From the NCBI RefSeq assembly GCF_003018255.1, contig NZ_CP027440.1: a stretch of 64,000 nucleotides of DNA. One strand, given 5' to 3'. This DNA is from Escherichia coli (GTDB lineage Bacteria; Pseudomonadota; Gammaproteobacteria; Enterobacterales; Enterobacteriaceae). The position numbers and the translations under genes are program-made. How positions within the stretch are numbered: position 1 is the first letter of the stretch; every line of letters starts with the position of its first letter. Of the stretch, positions 15,471-27,848 are shown in pieces. The notes under the pieces were generated by a model. It ran no database searches, was not told the origin of the DNA, and saw nothing but the letters and a program-made list of their open reading frames with translations.

Positions 15471-18400
15471 ATGACTATGTTCCAGTATTACAAACGATCA
15501 CGGCATTTTGTTTTTTCAGCATTTATTGCTTTTGTTTTTGTCTTGTTATGCCAGAACACGGCGTTTGCGCGGGCGTCATCGAATGGTGATCTGCCGACAA
15601 AAGCGGACCTGCAGGCACAACTTGACTCACTGAATAAACAAAAAGATCTTTCTGCTCAGGACAAACTGGTGCAGCAGGATCTGACAGATACATTAGCTAC
15701 CCTCGATAAAATCGATCGCGTAAAAGAAGAGACAGTTCAGCTACGGCAAAAGGTTGCTGAAGCGCCGGAAAAAATGCGCCAGGCGACCGCGGCGTTAACT
15801 GCACTTAGCGATGTCGATAATGACGAAGAAACGCGCAAAATTCTGAGTACGCTTTCGTTGCGCCAGCTGGAAACTCGCGTTGCCCAGGCGCTGGACGATT
15901 TGCAAAACGCACAAAACGATCTGGCGTCTTATAACAGCCAGCTGGTTTCGTTACAGACGCAGCCCGAACGCGTGCAAAATGCGATGTATAACGCTTCGCA
16001 GCAGCTGCAACAAATTCGCAGTCGTCTGGATGGGACTGATGTCGGCGAGACTGCCTTACGTCCCAGCCAGAAAGTGTTAATGCAGGCTCAGCAGGCGTTG
16101 CTGAATGCCGAGATTGACCAGCAGCGTAAAAGCCTGGAAGGGAACACAGTCTTACAGGATACCTTGCAAAAGCAACGGGATTACGTGACGGCGAACAGCG
16201 CCCGTCTGGAGCACCAGTTGCAGCTGTTGCAAGAAGCAGTAAACAGCAAGCGTCTGACTTTAACCGAAAAAACGGCGCAGGAAGCCGTCTCCCCGGATGA
16301 AGCCGCGCGTATTCAGGCTAATCCGCTGGTGAAGCAGGAACTGGAAATTAACCAGCAGTTAAGTCAGCGTCTGATTACCGCGACTGAAAACGGTAATCAG
16401 TTGATGCAGCAAAACATTAAAGTCAAAAACTGGCTGGAGCGGGCGCTGCAATCGGAACGCAATATTAAAGAGCAGATTGCCGTCCTGAAGGGCAGCTTGC
16501 TGTTGTCTCGTATCCTTTACCAGCAACAACAAACGCTGCCCTCGGCGGATGAACTGGAAAACATGACCAACCGCATCGCGGATTTGCGTCTCGAACAGTT
16601 TGAAGTTAACCAGCAGCGTGATGCACTCTTCCAGAGCGATGCGTTCGTCAACAAACTGGAAGAAGGTCACACCAACGAAGTCAACAGCGAAGTTCACGAT
16701 GCATTATTGCAAGTGGTTGATATGCGTCGCGAATTGCTGGATCAGCTTAACAAACAGTTGGGTAACCAATTGATGATGGCCATTAACCTGCAAATCAACC
16801 AGCAGCAGTTAATGAGTGTGTCGAAAAACCTGAAATCCATCCTGACTCAGCAAATCTTTTGGGTGAACAGTAACCGTCCAATGGACTGGGACTGGATCAA
16901 AGCGTTCCCGCAAAGCCTGAAAGATGAATTTAAGTCGATGAAAATCACGGTGAACTGGGAAAAAGCCTGGCCTGCCGTTTTTATCGCTTTCCTCGCCGGT
17001 TTGCCGCTGCTGTTGATTGCCGGGCTGATCCACTGGCGTCTGGGCTGGCTGAAAGCGTATCAACAAAAACTGGCTTCCGCTGTGGGTTCCCTGCGTAACG
17101 ACAGCCAGCTCAACACACCAAAAGCGATCCTTATCGACCTGATCCGTGCGCTGCCGGTGTGCCTGATTATTCTCGCGGTTGGCCTGATTCTGTTGACCAT
17201 GCAGCTCAACATCAGCGAACTGCTATGGTCGTTCAGTAAAAAACTGGCGATTTTCTGGCTGGTGTTTGGCCTGTGCTGGAAGGTACTGGAGAAAAACGGC
17301 GTTGCCGTGCGTCACTTTGGTATGCCGGAACAGCAGACCAGCCACTGGCGTCGGCAAATTGTCCGCATCAGTCTCGCGTTGCTGCCTATCCATTTCTGGT
17401 CTGTGGTGGCAGAACTTTCCCCGCTGCATCTGATGGATGATGTGCTGGGGCAGGCGATGATTTTCTTCAACTTGCTGCTGATTGCCTTCCTGGTGTGGCC
17501 GATGTGCCGCGAAAGCTGGCGTGATAAAGAGTCGCACACCATGCGACTGGTCACCATTACCGTACTGTCGATTATCCCGATTGCGTTGATGGTGCTGACT
17601 GCCACGGGTTATTTCTACACCACGCTGCGCCTCTCCGGGCGTTGGATTGAAACCGTTTATTTGGTGATCATCTGGAACCTGCTGTACCAGACGGTATTGC
17701 GCGGCTTAAGCGTAGCGGCGCGGCGTATCGCCTGGCGTCGTGCGCTGGCGCGTCGGCAGAATCTGGTGAAAGAGGGCGCAGAAGGTGCTGAACCGCCGGA
17801 AGAACCCACCATTGCACTGGAGCAGGTTAACCAGCAGACGCTGCGTATTACCATGTTGCTGATGTTTGCGCTGTTCGGTGTCATGTTCTGGGCAATTTGG
17901 TCCGATTTGATCACCGTGTTCAGCTATCTGGACAGCATCACGCTCTGGCATTACAACGGCACTGAAGCTGGCGCTGCGGTGGTGAAAAACGTCACCATGG
18001 GCAGTCTGTTGTTTGCGATTATCGCCTCAATGGTGGCCTGGGCGTTGATTCGCAACCTGCCTGGTTTACTGGAAGTGCTGGTGCTCTCGCGACTGAATAT
18101 GCGCCAGGGCGCGTCGTATGCCATTACTACCATCCTTAACTACATCATTATTGCCGTTGGTGCGATGACGGTGTTCGGATCGCTGGGCGTCTCGTGGGAT
18201 AAACTCCAGTGGCTGGCGGCAGCATTATCCGTAGGTCTTGGTTTTGGTTTACAAGAGATCTTCGGTAACTTCGTTTCCGGTTTGATCATTCTGTTCGAAC
18301 GTCCGGTGCGCATAGGCGACACGGTAACCATTGGTAGCTTCTCGGGTACGGTCAGCAAGATCCGTATTCGTGCGACAACGATTACCGATTTCGATCGCAA

Positions 18401-18833
18401 AGAAGTGATTATCCCGAACAAAGCGTTTGTTACCGAGCGTCTGATCAACTGGTCGTTGACTGACACGACTACGCGTCTGGTGATCCGTCTCGGCGTAGCT
18501 TATGGCTCCGATCTGGAAAAAGTGCGTAAAGTGTTGCTGAAGGCGGCGACTGAGCACCCAAGGGTGATGCACGAACCAATGCCGGAAGTCTTCTTTACGG
18601 CATTTGGTGCCAGCACGTTGGATCATGAGCTGCGTCTGTATGTGCGTGAACTGCGTGACCGTAGCCGTACTGTCGATGAGCTGAACCGTACTATCGATCA
18701 GCTGTGCCGTGAAAACGACATCAACATTGCCTTTAACCAGCTTGAAGTGCATCTGCACAACGAGAAGGGCGATGAGGTGACGGAAGTCAAACGCGACTAC
18801 AAAGGCGACGATCCGACGCCAGCGGTAGGGTAA
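15471..18833 (+). CDS. mscK: Potassium-dependent mechanosensitive channel MscK
   Basis: 1120-aa product with signal peptide, long coiled-coil periplasmic domain and C-terminal MscS-like channel domain. Confidence 0.95.
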   Translation: MTMFQYYKRSRHFVFSAFIAFVFVLLCQNTAFARASSNGDLPTKADLQAQLDSLNKQKDLSAQDKLVQQDLTDTLATLDKIDRVKEETVQLRQKVAEAPEKMRQATAALTALSDVDNDEETRKILSTLSLRQLETRVAQALDDLQNAQNDLASYNSQLVSLQTQPERVQNAMYNASQQLQQIRSRLDGTDVGETALRPSQKVLMQAQQALLNAEIDQQRKSLEGNTVLQDTLQKQRDYVTANSARLEHQLQLLQEAVNSKRLTLTEKTAQEAVSPDEAARIQANPLVKQELEINQQLSQRLITATENGNQLMQQNIKVKNWLERALQSERNIKEQIAVLKGSLLLSRILYQQQQTLPSADELENMTNRIADLRLEQFEVNQQRDALFQSDAFVNKLEEGHTNEVNSEVHDALLQVVDMRRELLDQLNKQLGNQLMMAINLQINQQQLMSVSKNLKSILTQQIFWVNSNRPMDWDWIKAFPQSLKDEFKSMKITVNWEKAWPAVFIAFLAGLPLLLIAGLIHWRLGWLKAYQQKLASAVGSLRNDSQLNTPKAILIDLIRALPVCLIILAVGLILLTMQLNISELLWSFSKKLAIFWLVFGLCWKVLEKNGVAVRHFGMPEQQTSHWRRQIVRISLALLPIHFWSVVAELSPLHLMDDVLGQAMIFFNLLLIAFLVWPMCRESWRDKESHTMRLVTITVLSIIPIALMVLTATGYFYTTLRLSGRWIETVYLVIIWNLLYQTVLRGLSVAARRIAWRRALARRQNLVKEGAEGAEPPEEPTIALEQVNQQTLRITMLLMFALFGVMFWAIWSDLITVFSYLDSITLWHYNGTEAGAAVVKNVTMGSLLFAIIASMVAWALIRNLPGLLEVLVLSRLNMRQGASYAITTILNYIIIAVGAMTVFGSLGVSWDKLQWLAAALSVGLGFGLQEIFGNFVSGLIILFERPVRIGDTVTIGSFSGTVSKIRIRATTITDFDRKEVIIPNKAFVTERLINWSLTDTTTRLVIRLGVAYGSDLEKVRKVLLKAATEHPRVMHEPMPEVFFTAFGASTLDHELRLYVRELRDRSRTVDELNRTIDQLCRENDINIAFNQLEVHLHNEKGDEVTEVKRDYKGDDPTPAVG

Positions 18834-18889
18834 TAACCAAAGGGGGCGACATTTAGTTGCCCCGAGATTACTAACAAAGTGCGCGTTGT

Positions 18890-18995
18890 TCATGCCGGAT
18901 GCGGCGTGACCGCCTTATCCGGCCTACGAAACCGCAAGAATTCAATATATTGCAGGAGCGGTGTAGGCCTGATAAGCGTAGCGCATCAGGCAGTT
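18890..18995. repeat. REP/BIME element cluster (two REP units in opposite orientation)
   Basis: gccggatgcggcgtgaccgccttatccggcctac and gtaggcctgataagcgtagcgcatcaggc palindromic units. Confidence 0.8.
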
Positions 18996-19044
18996 TTGCG
19001 TTTGCCCACAATCTTAGGGGACATTTAGCGACCCCATTTATTTC

Positions 19045-19206
19045 TCACTTTTCCGCCTCATCATCGCGCGTTAATTTCTTTTCATAATCGCGTTTTACAA
19101 TATCCAGCGCGCGCAGTACGGTGCGGGCTGGGATCTGATTTTCTTCCAGCAGCACAATCAAATCGACGGCCAGTTTGACATCGTCAGGGGCATTTTCCAG
19201 TGACAT
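19045..19206 (-). CDS. ybaM: Small protein YbaM (DUF2496), 53 aa
   Basis: Hand-translated from the minus strand: [53 protein letters not shown]; below the ORF-track length cutoff. Confidence 0.8.
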   Translation of the reverse strand: MSLENAPDDVKLAVDLIVLLEENQIPARTVLRALDIVKRDYEKKLTRDDEAEK

Positions 19207-19219
19207 ACTCTCTCCATTG

Positions 19220-19747
19220 CTAGCGGGTTAAACGCGCTAACCTGTTTTCGATTTTTTCCAGCGCATGGCGGCAGCGTGCCAGGCGCGCTTCATAGGCTTC
19301 CACTTCACGATGCAGCGTTTGCTGTTCCACGAGATCGGTCACCCGCGCCAGGCGGGCTCGACGTTCAGCAACCATCTCACTTAGCCGCCGCTCAAAATCC
19401 TGATGCTGAATACGTTTACGCTGCCAGCGGGCAATTTTCGGTGGCGCACTGTCCCACTCGCGTAGCGACCAGGCTGTGGCTTCACGCGCTATAGCCTCCA
19501 GTTGCGCCGCCAGATGTTCCGCCAGCCAGGCGACTTGCGGCAGCTGTTGCTGCTCAACCGCATGACGAAGCGCAGCCAGATTATCGCCCGCCTCATCGAG
19601 ACAAGCCTGCAGTGTTGTCGCACGAGTCTGAAAAAGATGCCTGTCAAAACGGGCGCTTAGCGTGGCAAATTGCGCTACCGGGGCACAACGCTGACGCAGC
19701 GTAGCGAGCTGTCCTTCCAGTTTTTCCAGCAGCAGGGCGGTTTTCAC
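19220..19747 (-). CDS. priC: Primosomal replication protein N''
   Basis: 175-aa basic helical protein at the conserved position. Confidence 0.85.
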   Translation of the reverse strand: MKTALLLEKLEGQLATLRQRCAPVAQFATLSARFDRHLFQTRATTLQACLDEAGDNLAALRHAVEQQQLPQVAWLAEHLAAQLEAIAREATAWSLREWDSAPPKIARWQRKRIQHQDFERRLSEMVAERRARLARVTDLVEQQTLHREVEAYEARLARCRHALEKIENRLARLTR

Positions 19748-19816
19748 GATAAGACCTCAATGAAAATGATAATTGTTATGCTAAAGTAGCAACTCTGTAA
19801 GCTGACAACACTCAAT

Positions 19817-20194
19817 ATGCAACGAATCATTTTAATCATCATTGGCTGGCTGGCGGTAGTGCTGGGTACGCTGGGCGTGGTATTACCGGTATTACCGACG
19901 ACGCCGTTTATCCTGCTGGCGGCCTGGTGCTTTGCCCGTTCTTCCCCGCGCTTTCACGCCTGGTTGCTGTACCGCTCATGGTTTGGCAGCTATCTACGTT
20001 TCTGGCAGAAACATCATGCGATGCCGCGCGGCGTCAAACCGCGGGCGATTTTGCTTATTTTGCTCACGTTTGCCATTTCTCTGTGGTTCGTCCAGATGCC
20101 ATGGGTGCGCATCATGTTGCTGGTAATTCTCGCCTGTTTGCTTTTTTATATGTGGCGAATTCCAGTGATTGATGAAAAGCAAGAAAAGCACTGA
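19817..20194 (+). CDS. ybaN: Inner membrane protein YbaN (DUF454)
   Basis: 125-aa hydrophobic product. Confidence 0.85.
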
Positions 20195-20346
20195 AGCACA
20201 ACAATCGCAGTTGCAATTATTGCGTACAGCCAGTACATTCTGGCGTTTTCGAGCACAGGCGCAGGCGGTCAAAGGTTAAACAACTGTTACTTTTGATACG
20301 TTTAAAACGCGCCGTGAGTACCACCGTAACAAGCAGGCATACACTT

Positions 20347-20898
20347 ATGACCGCGACTGCACAGCAGCTTGAGTATCTCAAAAATAGCATCAAAAGCATT
20401 CAGGACTACCCAAAACCCGGCATTCTTTTCCGCGATGTCACCAGCTTACTGGAAGACCCGAAAGCTTACGCTCTCAGCATCGACTTGCTGGTTGAGCGTT
20501 ACAAAAATGCGGGCATTACCAAAGTGGTCGGCACCGAAGCGCGTGGCTTCTTGTTTGGCGCTCCGGTAGCTCTGGGTCTGGGCGTTGGCTTTGTACCGGT
20601 CCGTAAACCGGGCAAACTGCCGCGTGAAACCATCAGTGAAACTTACGACCTGGAATACGGCACCGATCAGCTGGAAATCCACGTTGATGCCATCAAACCG
20701 GGCGACAAAGTTCTGGTGGTGGACGATTTGCTGGCAACCGGCGGCACTATCGAAGCGACCGTTAAACTGATCCGTCGTCTGGGTGGTGAAGTAGCTGACG
20801 CTGCGTTCATTATCAACCTGTTCGATCTTGGCGGCGAACAGCGTCTCGAAAAACAGGGCATTACCAGCTACAGCCTTGTCCCGTTCCCGGGCCATTAA
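20347..20898 (+). CDS. apt: Adenine phosphoribosyltransferase
   Basis: 183-aa product [32 protein letters not shown]... with PRPP-binding motif [13 protein letters not shown]; internal start of ORF 20293..20898. Confidence 0.95.
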
Positions 20899-21026
20899 TT
20901 ATCGTCAGTCTTGCGCTGCTCACGCTACGGGCAGCACAAGATGTGCATTCAGCCTCGCCGTTCTGACGGGGCTGTGTTAGCATTACCCCTTCGTGAATCC
21001 ACCTTCCAGCGTTTCAGAGCCTGCCA

Positions 21027-22958
21027 ATGAGTTATCAGGTCTTAGCCCGAAAATGGCGCCCACAAACCTTTGCTGACGTCGTCGGCCAGGAACATGTGCT
21101 GACCGCACTGGCGAACGGCTTGTCGTTAGGGCGTATTCATCATGCTTATCTTTTTTCCGGCACCCGTGGCGTCGGAAAAACCTCTATCGCCCGACTGCTG
21201 GCGAAGGGGCTAAACTGCGAAACCGGCATTACCGCGACGCCGTGCGGCGTGTGCGATAACTGTCGTGAAATCGAGCAGGGGCGCTTTGTCGATCTGATTG
21301 AAATCGACGCCGCCTCGCGCACTAAAGTTGAAGACACTCGCGACCTGCTGGATAACGTCCAGTACGCTCCGGCGCGTGGTCGTTTCAAAGTTTATCTCAT
21401 CGACGAAGTGCATATGCTGTCGCGTCACAGCTTTAACGCACTGTTAAAAACCCTTGAAGAGCCGCCAGAGCACGTTAAGTTTTTGCTGGCGACGACCGAT
21501 CCGCAGAAATTGCCGGTGACGATTTTGTCACGCTGTCTGCAATTTCATCTCAAGGCGCTGGATGTCGAGCAAATTCGCCATCAGCTTGAGCACATCCTCA
21601 ACGAAGAACATATCGCTCACGAGCCGCGGGCGCTGCAATTGTTGGCACGCGCCGCTGAAGGCAGCCTGCGAGATGCCTTAAGTCTGACCGACCAGGCGAT
21701 TGCCAGCGGTGACGGCCAGGTTTCAACCCAGGCGGTCAGTGCGATGCTGGGTACGCTTGACGACGATCAGGCGTTATCGCTGGTTGAAGCGATGGTCGAG
21801 GCCAACGGCGAGCGCGTAATGGCGCTGATTAATGAAGCTGCTGCCCGTGGTATCGAGTGGGAAGCGTTGCTGGTGGAAATGCTCGGTCTGTTGCATCGTA
21901 TTGCGATGGTACAACTTTCGCCTGCTGCTCTTGGCAACGACATGGCCGCCATTGAGCTGCGGATGCGTGAACTGGCGCGCACCATACCGCCGACGGATAT
22001 TCAGCTTTACTATCAGACGCTGTTGATTGGTCGCAAAGAATTACCGTATGCGCCAGACCGCCGTATGGGTGTTGAGATGACGCTGCTGCGCGCGCTGGCG
22101 TTCCATCCGCGTATGCCGCTGCCTGAGCCAGAAGTGCCACGCCAGTCCTTTGCGCCCGTCGCGCCAACGGCAGTAATGACGCCAACACAGGTGCCGCCGC
22201 AACCGCAATCAGCGCCGCAGCAGGCACCGACTGTACCGCTCCCGGAAACCACCAGCCAGGTGCTGGCGGCGCGCCAGCAGTTGCAGCGCGTGCAGGGAGC
22301 AACCAAAGCAAAAAAGAGTGAACCGGCAGCCGCTACCCGCGCGCGGCCGGTGAATAACGCTGCGCTGGAAAGACTGGCTTCGGTCACCGATCGTGTTCAG
22401 GCGCGCCCGGTGCCATCGGCGCTGGAAAAAGCGCCAGCTAAAAAAGAAGCGTATCGCTGGAAGGCGACCACTCCAGTGATGCAGCAAAAAGAAGTGGTCG
22501 CCACGCCGAAGGCGCTGAAAAAAGCGCTGGAACATGAAAAAACGCCGGAACTGGCGGCGAAGCTGGCGGCAGAAGCCATTGAGCGCGACCCGTGGGCGGC
22601 TCAGGTGAGTCAACTTTCGCTACCAAAACTGGTCGAACAGGTGGCGTTAAATGCCTGGAAAGAGGAGAACGGCAACACGGTGTGTCTGCATTTGCGCTCC
22701 TCTCAGCGTCATCTGAATAACAGTGGCGCACAGCAAAAACTGGCTGAAGCGTTGAGCACGTTAAAAGGTTCAACGGTTGAACTGACTATCGTTGAAGATG
22801 ATAATCCCGCGGTGCGTACGCCGCTGGAATGGCGTCAGGCGATATACGAAGAAAAACTTGCGCAGGCGCGCGAGTCCATTATTGCGGATAATAATATTCA
22901 GACCCTGCGTCGGTTCTTCGATGCGGAGCTGGATGAAGAAAGTATCCGCCCCATTTGA
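21027..22958 (+). CDS. dnaX: DNA polymerase III tau subunit (gamma subunit produced by -1 frameshift)
   Basis: 643-aa product with AAA+ Walker A GTRGVGKTS. Confidence 0.97.
   Translation: MSYQVLARKWRPQTFADVVGQEHVLTALANGLSLGRIHHAYLFSGTRGVGKTSIARLLAKGLNCETGITATPCGVCDNCREIEQGRFVDLIEIDAASRTKVEDTRDLLDNVQYAPARGRFKVYLIDEVHMLSRHSFNALLKTLEEPPEHVKFLLATTDPQKLPVTILSRCLQFHLKALDVEQIRHQLEHILNEEHIAHEPRALQLLARAAEGSLRDALSLTDQAIASGDGQVSTQAVSAMLGTLDDDQALSLVEAMVEANGERVMALINEAAARGIEWEALLVEMLGLLHRIAMVQLSPAALGNDMAAIELRMRELARTIPPTDIQLYYQTLLIGRKELPYAPDRRMGVEMTLLRALAFHPRMPLPEPEVPRQSFAPVAPTAVMTPTQVPPQPQSAPQQAPTVPLPETTSQVLAARQQLQRVQGATKAKKSEPAAATRARPVNNAALERLASVTDRVQARPVPSALEKAPAKKEAYRWKATTPVMQQKEVVATPKALKKALEHEKTPELAAKLAAEAIERDPWAAQVSQLSLPKLVEQVALNAWKEENGNTVCLHLRSSQRHLNNSGAQQKLAEALSTLKGSTVELTIVEDDNPAVRTPLEWRQAIYEEKLAQARESIIADNNIQTLRRFFDAELDEESIRPI
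22310..22350 (+). other. dnaX: dnaX programmed -1 ribosomal frameshift site: A AAA AAG heptamer, -1 frame stop UGA at 22319-22321, downstream stem-loop
   Basis: Heptamer at 22310-22316 in frame with dnaX codons; -1 frame reads AAA AAA GAG TGA; hairpin ccggcagccgctacccgcgcgcggccgg follows. Confidence 0.9.
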
Positions 22959-22995
22959 TCGTAAGCACAGCTTACGTTCGTCATCCTTAACGTGA

Positions 22996-23339
<344 letters not shown>

Positions 23340-23340
<1 letters not shown>

Positions 23341-23945
23341 TGCAAACCAGCCCGCTGTTAACACAGCTTATGGAAGCACTGCGCTGTCTGCCGGGCGTTG
23401 GCCCGAAGTCGGCGCAGCGTATGGCGTTCACGCTGCTTCAGCGCGATCGTAGCGGCGGGATGCGTCTGGCGCAGGCGCTCACCCGGGCGATGTCGGAAAT
23501 CGGCCACTGCGCCGATTGCCGCACCTTCACCGAACAGGAAGTCTGTAACATCTGTTCGAATCCGCGTCGTCAGGAAAACGGTCAAATCTGCGTGGTGGAG
23601 AGTCCGGCGGACATCTACGCCATTGAGCAGACGGGGCAGTTTTCAGGCCGTTATTTTGTGTTGATGGGACACCTGTCACCGCTGGACGGCATCGGTCCGG
23701 ATGATATCGGGCTTGATCGTCTGGAACAGCGTCTGGCAGAGGAAAAAATCACTGAAGTGATCCTCGCCACCAACCCCACGGTTGAAGGTGAAGCTACCGC
23801 TAACTACATTGCCGAGCTTTGCGCGCAATATGACGTGGAAGCCAGCCGAATCGCTCATGGCGTACCGGTTGGCGGCGAACTGGAAATGGTCGATGGCACC
23901 ACGCTGTCACACTCCCTTGCCGGGCGTCATAAGATTCGTTTTTAA
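23340..23945 (+). CDS. recR: Recombination protein RecR
   Basis: 201-aa product with C4 zinc finger (CADCRTF...CNIC) and Toprim domain. Confidence 0.95.
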
Positions 23946-24054
23946 GCAAACGAGAGCAGGATCACCTGCTCTCGCTTGAAATTATTCCCCCTTGTCCCCA
24001 TCTCTCCCTCATCCTGTTTTTAACCTTAAAATGGCATTATTGAGGTAGACCTAC

Positions 24055-25929
24055 ATGAAAGGACAAGAAACTCGTGGTTTTCAGTCAGAAGTGAAGCAGC
24101 TTCTGCACCTGATGATCCATTCTCTCTATTCCAATAAAGAAATCTTCCTGCGTGAGCTTATCTCTAACGCCTCCGATGCGGCGGACAAGCTGCGTTTCCG
24201 CGCGCTCTCTAACCCGGATCTGTACGAAGGTGATGGCGAACTGCGCGTTCGTGTCTCTTTCGATAAAGACAAGCGCACGCTGACCATCTCCGATAACGGC
24301 GTGGGGATGACCCGCGACGAAGTGATTGACCATCTGGGGACTATCGCTAAATCCGGCACCAAATCATTCCTCGAATCCCTGGGTTCTGACCAGGCGAAAG
24401 ACAGCCAGCTGATCGGTCAGTTTGGTGTTGGTTTCTACTCTGCGTTTATCGTGGCCGACAAAGTGACCGTGCGTACTCGCGCGGCAGGCGAAAAACCAGA
24501 AAACGGTGTTTTCTGGGAATCGGCTGGTGAAGGTGAATACACCGTTGCCGACATCACCAAAGAAGATCGTGGTACTGAAATCACCCTGCATCTGCGTGAA
24601 GGCGAAGACGAGTTCCTCGATGACTGGCGCGTGCGTTCCATCATCAGCAAATACTCCGACCATATCGCGCTGCCGGTAGAGATCGAAAAACGCGAAGAGA
24701 AAGATGGCGAAACCGTTATCTCCTGGGAGAAAATCAACAAAGCGCAGGCGCTGTGGACCCGTAACAAGTCGGAAATCACCGATGAAGAGTACAAAGAGTT
24801 CTACAAACACATCGCCCACGACTTTAACGATCCGCTGACCTGGAGCCACAACCGTGTTGAAGGTAAGCAGGAGTACACCAGCCTGCTGTACATTCCGTCC
24901 CAGGCTCCGTGGGATATGTGGAACCGCGATCATAAACATGGCCTGAAACTGTACGTCCAGCGTGTGTTCATCATGGACGACGCAGAACAGTTCATGCCGA
25001 ACTATCTGCGCTTCGTGCGTGGTCTGATTGACTCCAGCGATCTGCCGCTGAACGTTTCCCGTGAAATCCTCCAGGACAGCACGGTAACGCGTAACCTGCG
25101 CAATGCGCTGACCAAGCGTGTGCTGCAAATGCTGGAAAAACTGGCGAAAGACGACGCGGAAAAATACCAGACCTTCTGGCAACAGTTTGGCCTGGTACTG
25201 AAAGAAGGTCCGGCGGAAGATTTCGCTAACCAGGAAGCGATCGCCAAACTGCTGCGTTTTGCTTCTACCCATACCGATTCTTCTGCGCAGACCGTGTCTC
25301 TGGAAGACTACGTTTCCCGCATGAAAGAAGGGCAGGAGAAAATCTACTATATCACCGCAGACAGTTACGCGGCAGCGAAGAGCAGCCCGCACCTGGAACT
25401 GCTGCGTAAGAAAGGCATCGAAGTTCTGCTGCTTTCCGACCGCATCGATGAGTGGATGATGAACTATCTGACTGAGTTCGACGGTAAACCGTTCCAGTCT
25501 GTGTCTAAAGTTGACGAGTCGCTGGAAAAACTGGCTGACGAAGTTGATGAGAGCGCGAAAGAAGCGGAGAAAGCACTGACTCCGTTCATCGACCGTGTGA
25601 AAGCCCTGCTCGGCGAGCGCGTGAAAGATGTCCGTCTGACTCACCGTCTGACCGATACGCCAGCGATCGTTTCGACCGACGCGGACGAAATGAGCACTCA
25701 GATGGCGAAACTGTTCGCTGCGGCGGGCCAGAAAGTGCCAGAAGTGAAATACATCTTCGAACTGAACCCGGATCACGTACTGGTGAAACGTGCGGCGGAT
25801 ACTGAAGATGAAGCGAAGTTCAGCGAGTGGGTAGAACTGCTGCTGGATCAGGCGCTGCTGGCAGAACGCGGTACGCTGGAAGATCCGAACCTGTTTATTC
25901 GTCGTATGAACCAGCTGCTGGTTTCCTGA
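24055..25929 (+). CDS. htpG: Chaperone HtpG (Hsp90)
   Basis: 624-aa product [42 protein letters not shown]... Confidence 0.98.
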   Translation: MKGQETRGFQSEVKQLLHLMIHSLYSNKEIFLRELISNASDAADKLRFRALSNPDLYEGDGELRVRVSFDKDKRTLTISDNGVGMTRDEVIDHLGTIAKSGTKSFLESLGSDQAKDSQLIGQFGVGFYSAFIVADKVTVRTRAAGEKPENGVFWESAGEGEYTVADITKEDRGTEITLHLREGEDEFLDDWRVRSIISKYSDHIALPVEIEKREEKDGETVISWEKINKAQALWTRNKSEITDEEYKEFYKHIAHDFNDPLTWSHNRVEGKQEYTSLLYIPSQAPWDMWNRDHKHGLKLYVQRVFIMDDAEQFMPNYLRFVRGLIDSSDLPLNVSREILQDSTVTRNLRNALTKRVLQMLEKLAKDDAEKYQTFWQQFGLVLKEGPAEDFANQEAIAKLLRFASTHTDSSAQTVSLEDYVSRMKEGQEKIYYITADSYAAAKSSPHLELLRKKGIEVLLLSDRIDEWMMNYLTEFDGKPFQSVSKVDESLEKLADEVDESAKEAEKALTPFIDRVKALLGERVKDVRLTHRLTDTPAIVSTDADEMSTQMAKLFAAAGQKVPEVKYIFELNPDHVLVKRAADTEDEAKFSEWVELLLDQALLAERGTLEDPNLFIRRMNQLLVS

Positions 25930-25933
25930 TGTC

Positions 25934-25975
25934 ATGCCGGATGACCTTCGTGTCATCCGGCATTTTTCTTTTCTT
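25934..25975 (+). terminator. Rho-independent terminator after htpG
   Basis: Hairpin atgccggatgac...gtcatccggcat followed by T-run. Confidence 0.8.
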
Positions 25976-26037
25976 CATCTGCACTTTCCGCAAATTATCT
26001 TGCCATTAACCGTTTCAGCCTCAGGTGCCTTTCTTGA

Positions 26038-26754
<717 letters not shown>

Positions 26755-26885
26755 TCAAGCCGCAGCAGATCTGCTTTCGGGCAGGTCTGCTCATCCTCCT
26801 CAGGCAATACCTCTCACAGCAATTAGTTCTTCTTCTTCACTTTTCCGCTACAATTATCAACAAGTTGAATCGATAAGAGGCGGTA

Positions 26886-27848
26886 ATGCGTCAGACTAAA
26901 ACCGGTATCCTGCTGGCAAACCTGGGGACGCCCGATGCCCCCACACCTGAAGCGGTAAAACGCTATCTGAAACAATTTTTAAGCGACAGACGTGTGGTTG
27001 ATACCTCACGGTTGTTATGGTGGCCATTGCTACGCGGCGTGATTTTGCCGCTGCGCTCGCCGCGTGTGGCGAAGCTGTATGCCTCTGTCTGGATGGAAGG
27101 TGGCTCGCCGCTGATGGTTTACAGCCGCCAGCAACAGCAGGCGCTGGCACAACGTTTACCGGAGACGCCCGTAGCGCTGGGAATGAGCTACGGCTCGCCA
27201 TCACTGGAAAGCGCCGTAGATGAACTACTGGCAGAGCATGTAGATCATATTGTGGTGCTGCCGCTTTATCCGCAATTCTCCTGTTCAACGGTCGGTGCGG
27301 TATGGGATGAACTGGCACGCATTCTGGCGCGCAAACGTAGCATTCCGGGGATATCGTTTATACGTGATTACGCCGATAACCACGATTACATTAATGCACT
27401 GGCGAACAGCGTACGCGCTTCTTTTGCCAAACATGGCGAACCGGATCTGCTGCTGCTCTCTTATCATGGCATTCCCCAGCGTTATGCAGATGAAGGCGAT
27501 GATTACCCGCAACGTTGTCGCACAACGACTCGCGAACTGGCTTCCGCACTGGGGATGGCACCGGAAAAAGTGATGATGACCTTTCAGTCGCGCTTTGGGC
27601 GGGAACCCTGGCTGATGCCTTATACCGACGAAACGCTGAAAATGCTCGGAGAAAAAGGTGTAGGTCATATTCAGGTGATGTGCCCGGGCTTTGCTGCGGA
27701 TTGTCTGGAGACGCTGGAAGAGATTGCCGAGCAAAACCGTGAGGTCTTCCTCGGTGCGGGCGGGAAAAAATACGAATATATTCCGGCGCTTAATGCCACG
27801 CCGGAACATATTGAAATGATGGCTAATCTTGTTGCCGCGTATCGCTAA
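26886..27848 (+). CDS. hemH: Ferrochelatase
   Basis: 320-aa product, recognised HemH. Confidence 0.95.

Noticed and set aside
22013-22773. Cluster of overlapping ORFs on both strands in the 3' half of dnaX
   Set aside because: Fall within the Pro/Ala/Gln-rich tau-specific region of dnaX, whose GC-rich repetitive coding sequence keeps other frames open.
24364-25956. 530-aa ORF on the minus strand
   Set aside because: Entirely antisense to htpG, whose identity is unambiguous; an artefact of a long open antisense frame.
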